Positions 43,301 through 53,045 of a stretch of DNA of 64,000 nt are shown piece after piece. The notes below the pieces were generated by a model, which was not told the origin of the DNA, ran no database searches, and was given only the letters and a program-made list of their open reading frames with translations. Location: positions 248,001 to 312,000 of the forward strand of contig JBHGNT010000023.1 of assembly GCA_043228905.1 (NCBI GenBank), in the 5' to 3' direction. Numbering within the stretch: the stretch's first letter is position 1; each line of letters starts with the position of its first letter. The position numbers and the translations under genes are program-made. The DNA comes from Azolla caroliniana (Eukaryota > Plantae > Polypodiophyta).

Positions 43301-46068
43301 CATACCTGGCTCGTGTAATCCCGGGATTTTGTGTTCAAATATGCGAATCGAAGCTAACAACACTAGCTTTAATATGGAATTAAAAAATCAAGATTTTGAA
43401 ACTCAGGTCGAGAGACATGAACAAATTAGTAAATTAGGGGAGGGAGTTGACAAGAGCGCGTGAGTAAATTAAAATGTTCATACCTGGCTCATGTGATCCC
43501 GGATTTTTGTGTTCAAAGATGCGAATCGAAGCTAACAACAGTAGCTATGATATGGAATTAAAAAATCAAGATTTTGAAACTTGGGTCGAGAGACATGAAG
43601 AAATTAGTAAATTAGAGGAGGGAGCTAAGAAGAGCGCGTGAGTAATGTAAAATGTTCATAGCTGGCTCGTGTGATATCGGATTTTAGTGTTCAAACACTA
43701 GCTATGATATGAAATGAAAAAATAAAGATTTTGAAACTCAGGTCGAGAGACACGAAGAAATTAGTAAATTAGAGGAGGGTGTTGACAAGAGCGCGTAAGT
43801 AAATTAAAATGTTCATACCTAGCTCGTGTGATATCGGATATTAGTGTTCAAAGATGCGAATCGAAGCTAACAACACTAGCTATGATATGGAATTAAAAAA
43901 TCGAGATTTCGAAACTTGGGTCGAGAGACATGAAGAAATTAGTAAATTAGGGGAGGGAGTCTAGAAGAGCGCGTGAGTAAATTAAAATGTTCATACCTGG
44001 CTCGTGTGATCCCGGATTTTTGTGTTCAAAGATGCGAATCGAAGCTAACAACACTAGCTATGATATGGAATTAAAAAATCAAGATTTTGAAACTTGGGTC
44101 GAGAGACATGAAGAAATTAGGAAATTAGAGGAGGGAGCTAAGAAGAGCGCGTGAGTAAATTAAAATGTTCATACCTGGCTCGTGTGATCCCGGGATTTTG
44201 TGTTCAAAGATGTGAATCGAAGCTAACAACACTAGCTATGATATGGAATTAAAAAATGAAGATTTTGAAACTTAGGTTGAGAGACATGAAGAAATTAGTA
44301 AATTAGAGGAGGGAGCTAAGAAGAGCGCGTGAGTAAATTAAAATCAAGATTTTGCTGGCTCGTGTGATATCGGATTTTTGTGTTGAAGCATGTGAATCGA
44401 AGCTACCAACACTAGCAAGGATATGGAATTAAAAAATCAAGATTTTGAAACTCAGGTCGAGAGACATGAAGAAATTAGTAAATTAGGGGAGGGAGTTGAT
44501 AAGAGCGTGTAAGTAAATTAAAATGTTCATACCTGGCTCGTGTGATTCCGGGATTTTGTGTTCAAAGATGCGAATCGAAGCTAACAACACTAGCTGTGAT
44601 ATGGAATTAAAAAATCAAGATTTTGAAAATCAGGTCCAGAGACATGAAGAAGTTAGTAAATTAGAGGAGGGTGTTGACAAGAGCGCGTGAGTAAATTAAA
44701 ATGTTCATACCTGGCTCGTGTGATCCCGGATTTTTGTGTTCAAAGATGCCAATCGAAGCTAACAACACTAGCTATGATATGGAATTAAAAAATCAAGATT
44801 TTGAAACTTGGGTCGAGAGACATGAAGAAATTAGTAAATTAGGGGAGGGAGTTGAGAAGAGCGCGTGAGTAAATTAAAATGTTCATAGCTGGCTCGTGTA
44901 ATATCGGATTTTAGTGTTCAAACATGCAAATCGAAGCTAACAATACTTGCTACGATATGGAATTAAAAAATCAAGATTTTGAAACTTGGGTCGAGAGACA
45001 TGAAGAAATTAGTAAATTAGAGGAGGGAGCTAAGAAGAGCGCGTGAGTAAATTAAAATGTTCATACCTGGCTCGTGTAATCCCGGGATTTTGTGTTCAAA
45101 GATGCGAATCGAAGCTAACAACACTAGCTATGATATGGAATTAAAAAATCAAGATTTTGAAACTCAGGTCGAGAGACATGAAGAAATTAGTAAATTAGAG
45201 GAGGGAGCTAAGAAGAGCGCGTGAGTAAATTAAAATGTTCATACCTGGCTCGTGTGATCCCGGATTTTTGTGTTCAAAGATGCCCATCGAAGCTAACAAC
45301 ACTAGCTAGGATATGGAATTAAAAAATCAAGATTTTGAAACTTGGGTCGAGAGACATGAAGAAATTAGTAAATTAGAGGAGGGAGCTAAGAAGAGCGCGT
45401 GAGTAAATTAAAATGTTCATAGCTGGCTCGTGTGATATCGGATTTTAGTGTTCAAACACTAGCTATGATATGAAATGAAAAAATAAAGATTTTGAAACTC
45501 AGGTCGAGAGACACGAAGAAATTAGTAAATTAGAGGAGGGTGTTGACAAGAGCGCGTGAGTAAATTAAAATGTTCATACCTAGCTCGTGTGATATCGGAT
45601 ATTAGTGTTCAAAGATGCCAATCGAAGCTAACAACACTAGCTATGATATGGAATTAAAAAATCGAGATTTCGAAACTTGGGTCGAGAGACATGAAGAAAT
45701 TAGTAAATTAGGGGAGGGAGTTGAGAAGAGCGCGTGAGTAAATTAAAATGTTCATACCTGGCTCGTGTGATCCCGGATTTTTGTGTTCAAAGATGCGAAT
45801 CGAAGCTAACAACACTAGCTATGATATGGAATTAAAAAATCAAGATTTTGAAATTCAGGTCGAGAGACATGAACAAATTAGTAAATTAGGGGAGGGAGTT
45901 GACAAGAGCGCGTGAGTAAATTAAAATGTTCATACCTGGCTCGTGTGATCCTGGATTTTTGTGTTTTACTAGGACCAAATGGTCGAAACAAGGAGTGCGT
46001 AGAGATAGGCACAAGACGATTAGAGGGTGCTTAAGCTAAACAAGAGAAAGTAGGCAACATACACTAAT

Positions 46069-46094
46069 GAGAGAGAGAGAGAGAGAGAGAGAGA
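46069..46094 (+). repeat. (GA)13 microsatellite in the PLE 3' region
   Basis: Read directly from the sequence. Confidence 0.95.
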
Positions 46095-46139
46095 TGTTTT
46101 TAATTCAAAGAGGGAGAGATGTTTTTAATTCAAAGAGGG
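46089..46139 (+). repeat. 25-bp direct repeat x2 (gagagatgtttttaattcaaagagg)
   Basis: atgtttttaattcaaagaggg occurs at 46094 and 46119. Confidence 0.92.
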
Positions 46140-46142
46140 TGG

Positions 46143-46197
46143 TGGTCTTAGGCAAACTAGTTTCGCTCAATAGTGGAGCTCTTCAGTGCAAAGACCA
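46143..46197 (-). ncRNA. Minimal type I hammerhead ribozyme (PLE-associated)
   Basis: The minus strand reads UGGUCUU-U-GCA CUGAAGA GCUC-cacuauu-GAGC GAAA C-ua-G UU/ UGC-CU-AAGACCA. It has the full CUGANGA and GAAA cores, a 4-bp stem II, a 3+7-bp stem I with an internal loop, and a very short stem III inside the palindrome AAACUAGUUU. Predicted cleavage after GUU, between 46155 and 46154. Confidence 0.9.
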
Positions 46198-46307
46198 TTA
46201 CAACAAGAGAATGTGATTTATAAAGGGGTGGGAAGGAAGAGGGAGTGAGAGAAAAAGGAGTGGGGAGGATTTGATTTGTGTAGTAGATGAGAGAGAATAG
46301 AATGTGG

Positions 46308-46311
<4 letters not shown>

Positions 46312-46353
<42 letters not shown>
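46312..46353 (+). repeat. (GA)21 microsatellite in the PLE 3' region
   Basis: Read directly from the sequence. Confidence 0.95.
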
Positions 46354-46356
<3 letters not shown>

Positions 46357-46459
46357 GTGTGTAGGAAAGTGATAGGGAATGAGAGAAGGGAAATTAGTAT
46401 AATGATGATGGTGAGGGGGGAGTTTTTAATGTGATGAAAAAGGGGGATTTGGGATAATA

Positions 46460-46663
46460 TTAAGTGGGGGATGTGGGTGAATTATTTGAAAACTTAGTGT
46501 TAAGTGGGGGATTTGGGTGGATTGTTTGAAACTTTAGTCTTAAGTGGGGGATTTGGGTGGATTGTTTGAAAATTTAGTCTTAAGTGGGGGATTTTGGTGG
46601 ATTGTTTGAAAACTTAGTTTTAAGTGGGGGATTTTGGTGGATTTTTTGAAAACTTGGTCTTAA
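46460..46663. repeat. 40-bp minisatellite x5 overlapping the RT stop codon
   Basis: taagtgggggatttkggtggattgtttgaaaacttagtct-like units start at 46461, 46501, 46541, 46581 and 46621. Confidence 0.95.
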
Positions 46664-47501
46664 CTAGGAGGGCATGTAAGGACTTAGATTTTGTCCAACA
46701 TACGAAAGGGCGTGAGATGCTTGTAAGCTCGGGATCTAACATTAAGTCATTATAGAGATTTTTTAGAAAACTATGAATGCCTAGTTTTGGGGTATGTTTG
46801 GTGTATCTAAGTTTAAAGATTGTGGGGTTAAGGGAAGTAATAGTTTTGGGTTGATATAGGAGTGTTTTTCTAAGACTAAAAGGTATTTTCTTATAGCTTT
46901 TTAGTATAAAGGATGGAGGGTAACCACGGTTAACTAGTCTATTGAAAAAGAGTTTTTTCATTTGGTAGAAACCTAATGGGGTGCTTTCTCTAATAAGATA
47001 TCTCTTCACTTCATTAGTGATAAAGTGTTGTTTCGTATGGGAAGGATGATCCGATGAAAAAGGCAAGTATTGGTATGAATTGAGATGTTTTTGAAAACAA
47101 TTGAATAAGAAAGATGAATTTTCGAGGTTGATCCATATGTCTAAAAAAGGTAGCCGAAAGGGGGAAGTTTGAATGGTAAGCTTGATGGAGTTATTTGTGT
47201 GTGAAGGGTAAAAGTCGAGATATTCTAAAAGTTGAGATTTGGTGCCTGTCCAGACCCCAAATGCATCATCAATATAGCGGGTGAAGTAGAAGAGATGGGG
47301 GGGCGATGGTTGTAAGTTTTCGAGATATACTAAAAAGAGGCATGCATATACGACTGAAAAGTTGCTACCCATGGCCGTACCTTTTATTTGTTGGTAAACT
47401 ACGTCATCGAAAGTGAGATAGTGATATTCTAAAATAAGGGCACTAAGGGTATAGATGAGATTTGTTTTCGAAGGGGAAAACATGCAAATCGAAGCTAACA
47501 A
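46620..47501 (-). CDS. Penelope-like reverse transcriptase, C-terminal half (motifs B' to E plus thumb). 5'-truncated; the first ~8 codons are satellite-derived; no C-terminal GIY-YIG domain
   Basis: PLE signature motifs: YQQIKGTAMGSNFS..YACLFL (B'), FTRYIDDAFGVW (C), LPFLDI (E), FQK...YQYLPFSSDHP..TK, LVNRGYPPSFI, SLHALLV. Motif A and the fingers are absent. The frame has no internal stops. The ORF-track start is a TTG inside the satellite; an in-frame ATG at 47483 is also satellite sequence. Probably non-functional. Confidence 0.88.
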   Translation of the reverse strand: MLASICMFSPSKTNLIYTLSALILEYHYLTFDDVVYQQIKGTAMGSNFSVVYACLFLVYLENLQPSPPHLFYFTRYIDDAFGVWTGTKSQLLEYLDFYPSHTNNSIKLTIQTSPFRLPFLDIWINLENSSFLFNCFQKHLNSYQYLPFSSDHPSHTKQHFITNEVKRYLIRESTPLGFYQMKKLFFNRLVNRGYPPSFILKSYKKIPFSLRKTLLYQPKTITSLNPTIFKLRYTKHTPKLGIHSFLKNLYNDLMLDPELTSISRPFVCWTKSKSLHALLVKTKFSKNPPKSPT

Positions 47502-49928
47502 TACTAGCTACGATATGGAATTAAAAAATCAAGATTTTGAAACTCAGGTCGAGAGACATGAAGAAATTAGTAAATTAGAGGAGGGAGTTGAGAAGAGCGC
47601 GTGAGTAAATTAAAATGTTCATAGCTGGATCGTGTGATATCGGATTTTAGTGTTCAAACATGCGAATCGAAGCTAACAACACTAGCTATGATATGGAATT
47701 AAAAAATCAAGATTTTGAAACTCAGGTCGAGAGACATGAAGAAATTAGTATATTAGAGGAGGGTGTTGATAAGAGCGCGTGAGTAAATTAAAATGTTCAT
47801 ACCTGGCTCGTGTGATCCCGGATTTTTGTGTTCAAAGATGCCCATCGAAGCTAACAACACTAGGTATAATATGGAATTAAAAAATCAAGATTTTGAAACT
47901 TGGGTCGAGAGACATGGAGAAATTAGTAAATTAGGGGAGGGAGTTGAGAAGAGCGCGTGAGTAAATTAAAATGTTCATACCTGGCTCGTGTGATCCCGGA
48001 TTTTTGTGTTCAACCATGCGAATCGAAGCTAACAACACTAGCTAGGATATGGAATTAAAAAATCAAGATTTCGAAACTCAGGTCGAGAGATATGAAGAAA
48101 TTAGTAAATTAGAGGAGGGAGTTGAGAAGAGCGCATGAGTAAATTAAAATGTTCATAGCTGGATCGTGTGATATCAGATTTTAGTGTTCAAACATGCGAA
48201 TCGAAGCTAACAATACTAGCTACGATATGGAATTAAAAAATCAAGATTTTGAAACTTGGGTCGAGAGACATGAAGAAATTAGTAAATTAGAGGAGGGAGC
48301 TAAGAAGAGCGCGTGAGTAAATTAAAATGTTCATACCTGGCTCGTGTAATCCCGGGATTTTATGTTCAAAGATGCGAATCGAAGCTAACAACACTAGCTT
48401 TAATATGGAATTAAAAAATGAAGATTTTGAAACTCAGGTTGAGAGACATGAACAAATTAGTAAATTAGGGGAGGGAGTTGACAAGAGCGCGTGAGTAAAT
48501 TAAAATGTTCATACCTGGCTCGTGTGATCCCGGATTTTTGTGTTCAAAGATGCGAATCGAAGCTAACAACAGTAGCTATGATATGGAATTAAAAAATCAA
48601 GATTTTGAAACTTGGGTCGAGAGACATGACCAAATTAGTAAATTAGAGGAGGGAGTTGAGAAGAGCGCATGAGTAAATTAAAATGTTCATAGCTGGATCG
48701 TGTGATATCAGATTTTAGTGTTCAAACATGCGAATCGAAGCTAACAATACTAGCTACGATATGGAATTAAAAAATCAAGATTTTGAAACTTGGGTCGAGA
48801 GACATGAAGAAATTAGTAAATTAGAGGAGGGAGCTAAGAAGAGCGCGTGAGTAAATTAAAATGTTCATACCTGGCTCGTGTAATCCCGGGATTTTATGTA
48901 CAAAGATGCGAATCGAAGCTAACAACACTAGCTTTAATATGGAATTAAAAAATCAAGATTTTGAAACTCAGGTCGAGAGACATGAACAAATTAGTAAATT
49001 AGGGGAGGGAGTTGACAAGAGCGCGTGAGTAAATTAAAATGTTCATACCTGGCTCGTGTGATCCCGGATTTTTGTGTTCAAAGATGCGAATCGAAGCTAA
49101 CAACAGTAGCTATGATATGGAATTAAAAAATCAAGATTTTGAAACTTGGGTCGAGAGACATGACGAAATTACGAAATTAGAGGAGGGAGCTAAGAAGAGC
49201 GCGTGAGTAAATTAAAATGTTCATACCTGGCTCGTGTGATCCCGGATTTTTGTGTTCAAAGATGCGCATCGAAGCTAAAAACAGTAGCTATGATATGGAA
49301 TTAAAAAATCAAGATTTTGAAACTCAGGTCGAGAGACACGAAGAAATTAGTAAATTAGAGGAGGGTGTTGACAAGAGCGCGTAAGTAAATTAAAATGTTC
49401 ATACCTAGCTCGTGTGATATCGGATATTAGTGTTCAAAGATGCCAATCGAAGCTAACAACACTAGCTATGATATGGAATTAAAAAATCGAGATTTCGAAA
49501 CTTGGGTCGAGAGACATGAAGAAATTAGCAAATTAGGGGAGGGAGTTGAGAAGAGCGCGTGAGTAAATTAAAATGTTCATACCTGGCTCGTGTGATCCCG
49601 GATTTTTGTGTTCAAAGATGCGAATCGAAGCTAAAAACAGTAGCTATGATATGGAATTAAAAAATCAAGATTTTGAAACTTGGGTCGAGAGACATGAAGA
49701 AATTAGTAAATTAGAGGAGGGAGATGAGAAGAGCGCGTGAGTAAATTAAAATGTTCATAGCTGGATCGTGTGATATCGGATTTTAGTGTTCAAACATGCG
49801 AATCGAAGCTAACAACACTAGCTATGATATGGAATTAAAAAATCAAGATTTTGAAACTCAGGTCGAGAGACATGAAGAAATTAGTATATTAGAGGAGGGT
49901 GTTGATAAGAGCGCGTGAGTAAATTAAA

Positions 49929-50045
49929 GTTGCTACCCATGGCCGTACCTTTTATTTGTTGGTAAACTACGTCATCGAAAGTGAGATAGTGATATTCTAA
50001 AATAAGGGCACTAAGGGTATAGATGAGATTTGTTTTCGAAGGGGA
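49929..50045 (-). mobile_element. 117-bp PLE RT fragment, copy 1 (equals 47361-47477)
   Basis: gttgctacccatggcc...ttttcgaagggga matches the 5'-most end of the truncated PLE and has the same right junction. Confidence 0.95.
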
Positions 50046-51428
50046 AAACATGCAAATCGAAGCTAACAATACTAGCTACGATATAGAATTAAAAAATCAA
50101 GATTTTGAAACTCAGGTCGAGAGACATGAAGAAATTAGTAAATTAGAGGAGGGAGTTGAGAAGAGCGCGTGAGTAAATTAAAATGTTCATAGCTGGATTG
50201 TGTGATATCGGATTTTAGTGTTCAAACATGCGAATCGAAGCTAACAACACTAGCTATGATATGGAATTAAAAAATCAAGATTTTGAAACTCAGGTCGAGA
50301 GACATGAAGAAATTAGTATATTAGAGGAGGGTGTTGATAAGAGCGCGTGAGTAAATTAAAATATTCATACCTGGCTCGTGTGATCCCGGATTTTTGTGTT
50401 CAAAGATGCCCATCGAAGCTAACAACACTAGGTATAATATGGAATTAAAAAATCAAGATTTTGAAACTTGGGTCGAGAGACATGGAGAACTTAGTAAATT
50501 AGGGGAGGGAGTTGAGAAGAGCGCGTGAGTAAATTAAAATGTTCATAGCTGGCTCGTGTGATCCCGGATTTTTGTGTTCAACCATGCGAATCGAAGCTAA
50601 CAACACTAGCTAGGATATGGAATTAAAAAATCAAGATTTCGAAACTCAGGTCGAGAGATATGAAGAAATTAGTAAATTAGAGGAGGGAGTTGAGAAGAGC
50701 GCATGAGTAAATTAAAATGTTCATAGCTGGATCGTGTGATATCAGATTTTAGTGTTCAATCATGCGAATCGAAGCTAACAATACTAGCTACGATATGGAA
50801 TTAAAAAATCAAGATTTTGAAACTTGGGTCGAGAGACATGAAGAAATTAGTAAATTAGAGGAGGGAGCTAAGAAGAGCGCGTGAGTAAATTAAAATGTTC
50901 ATACCTGGCTCGTGTAATCCCGGGATTTTGTGTTCAAAGATGCGAATCGAAGCTAACAACACTAGCTTTAATATGGAATTAAAAAATCAAGATTTTGAAA
51001 CTCAGGTCGAGAGACATGAACAAATTAGTAAATTAGGGGAGGGAGTTGAGAAGAGCGCGTGAGTAAATTAAAATGTTCATACCTGGCTCGTGTGATCCCG
51101 GATTTTTGTGTTCAAAGATGCGAATCGAAGCTAACAACAGTAGCTATGATATGGAATTAAAAAATCAAGATTTTGAAACTTGGGTCGAGAGACATGAAGA
51201 CATTAGTAAATTAGAGGAGGGAGTTGAGAAGAGCGCGTGAGTAAATTAAAATGTTCATAGCTGGATCGTGTGATATCGGATTTTAGTGTTCAAACATGCG
51301 AATCGAAGCTAACAACACTAGCTATGATATGGAATTAAAAAATCAAGATTTTGAAACTCAGGTCGAGAGACATGAAGAAATTAGTATATTAGAGGAGGGT
51401 GTTGATAAGAGCGCGTGAGTAAATTAAA

Positions 51429-51545
51429 GTTGCTACCCATGGCCGTACCTTTTATTTGTTGGTAAACTACGTCATCGAAAGTGAGATAGTGATATTCCAA
51501 AATAAGGGCACTAAGGGTATAGATGAGATTTGTTTTCGAAGGGGA
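51429..51545 (-). mobile_element. 117-bp PLE RT fragment, copy 2
   Basis: Same junctions, 1500 bp after copy 1. Carries the SNP attccaa instead of attctaa. Confidence 0.95.
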
Positions 51546-52928
51546 AAACATGCAAATCGAAGCTAACAATACTAGCTACGATATGGAATTAAAAAATCAA
51601 GATTTTGAAACTCAGGTCGAGAGACATGAAGAAATTAGTAAATTAGAGGAGGGAGTTGAGAAGAGCGCGTGAGTAAATTAAAATGTTCATAGTTGGATCG
51701 TGTGATATCGGATTTTAGTGTTCAAACATGCGAATCGAAGCTAACAACACTAGCTATGATATGGAATTAAAAAATCAAGATTTTGAAACTCAGGTCGAGA
51801 GACATGAAGAAATTAGTATATTAGAGGAGGGTGTTGATAAGAGCGCGTGAGTAAATTAAAATGTTCATACCTGGCTCGTGTGATCCCAGATTTTTGTGTT
51901 CAAAGATGCCCATCGAAGCTAACAACACTAGGTATAATATGGAATTAAAAAATCAAGATTTTGAAACTTGGGTCGAGAGACATGGAGAAATTAGTAAATT
52001 AGGGGAGGGAGTTGAGAAGAGTGCGTGAGTAAATTAAAATGTTCATACCTGGCTCGTGTGATCCCGGATTTTTGTGTTCAACCATGCGAATCGAAGCTAA
52101 CAACACTAGCTAGGATATGGAATTAAAAAATCAAGATTTCGAAACTCAGGTCGAGAGATATGAAGAAATTAGTAAATTAGAGAAGGGAGTTGAGAAGAGC
52201 GCATGAGTAAATTAAAATGTTCATAGCTGGATCGTGTGATATCAGATTTTAGTGTTCAAACATGCGAATCGAAGCTAACAATACTAGCTACGATATAGAA
52301 TTAAAAAATCAAGATTTTGAAACTTGGGTCGAGAGACATGAAGAAATTAGTAAATTAGAGGAGGGAGCTAAGAAGAGCGCGTGAGTAAATTAAAATGTTC
52401 ATACCTGGCTCGTGTAATCCCGGGATTTTGTGTTCAAAGATGCGAATCGAAGCTAACAACACTAGCTTTAATATGGAATTAAAAAATCAAGATTTTGAAA
52501 CTCAGGTCGAGAGACATGAACAAATTAGTAAATTAGGGGAGGGAGTTGAGAAGAGCGCGTGAGTAAATTAAAATGTTCATACCTGGCTCGTGTGATCCCG
52601 GATTTTTGTGTTCAAAGATGCGAATCGAAGCTAACAACAGTAGCTATGATATGGAATTAACAAATCAAGATTTTGAAACTTGGGTCAAGAGACATGAAGA
52701 AATTAGTAAATTAGAGGAGGGAGTTGAGAAGAGCGCGTGAGTAAATTAAAATGTTCATAGCTGGATCGTGTGATATCGGATTTTAGTGTTCAAACATGCG
52801 AATCGAAGCTAACAACACTAGCTATGATATGGAATTAAAAAATCAAGATTTTGAAACTCAGGTCGAGAGACATGAAGAAATTAGTATATTAGAGGAGGGT
52901 GTTGATAAGAGCGCGTGAGTAAATTAAA

Positions 52929-53045
52929 GTTGCTACCCATGGCCGTACCTTTTATTTGTTGGTAAACTACGTCATCGAAAGTGAGATAGTGATATTCCAA
53001 AATAAGGGCACTAAGGGTATAGATGAGATTTGTTTTCGAAGGGGA
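52929..53045 (-). mobile_element. 117-bp PLE RT fragment, copy 3
   Basis: Same junctions, 1500 bp after copy 2. Shares the attccaa SNP with copy 2. Confidence 0.95.

Larger units (their letters stand above)
1..45965 (+). repeat. 178-bp satellite DNA array (left arm), head-to-tail, centromere-like
   Basis: The motif gtgttc recurs at 5, 183 and 361 (period 178). Approximate consensus: gtgttcaaacatgcgaatcgaagctaacaacactagctakgatatggaattaaaaaatcaagattttgaaactcaggtcgagagacatgaagaaattagtaaattagaggagggagttgagaagagcgcgtgagtaaattaaaatgttcatasctggctcgtgtgatmycggattttw. No inversion seen. Centromeric role is only inferred from monomer length and HOR structure. Confidence 0.98.
45966..47477 (-). mobile_element. 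5'-truncated Penelope-like retroelement (PLE) inserted in the satellite
   Basis: A 1512-bp non-satellite segment lies between ...gtgtt (45965) and aaacatgc... (47478). It contains a PLE-type RT ORF and a hammerhead ribozyme on the same strand, an established PLE combination. No LTRs, no poly(A) tail and no target-site duplication are visible. Confidence 0.9.

Noticed and set aside
1-45965. Prokaryotic signals in the monomer (ttgaca, aggagg, tataat)
   Set aside because: These are chance short motifs in variable positions of a satellite, with no downstream ORFs.
46200-46460. Telomeric repeats in the G-rich part of the PLE
   Set aside because: The tract is irregular purine-rich low-complexity sequence and (GA)n, with no regular telomere unit.
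46460-46663. CRISPR array next to an RT
   Set aside because: The 40-bp units abut with no unique spacers, there are no cas genes, and the context is eukaryotic satellite.
45955-47490. Target-site duplication or terminal repeats flanking the PLE
   Set aside because: The left flank ends gtgtt and the right begins aaacatg with nothing duplicated. The element ends share no direct or inverted repeat.
46620-47501. Bacterial retron, group II intron or DGR RT, telomerase, or LINE/LTR RT
   Set aside because: The GxAMGS, RYIDD, LPFLDI, YLxFxSxHP and GYP motifs plus a hammerhead fit PLEs. There is no YADD/msr-msd context, RNase H, integrase, LTR or poly(A).
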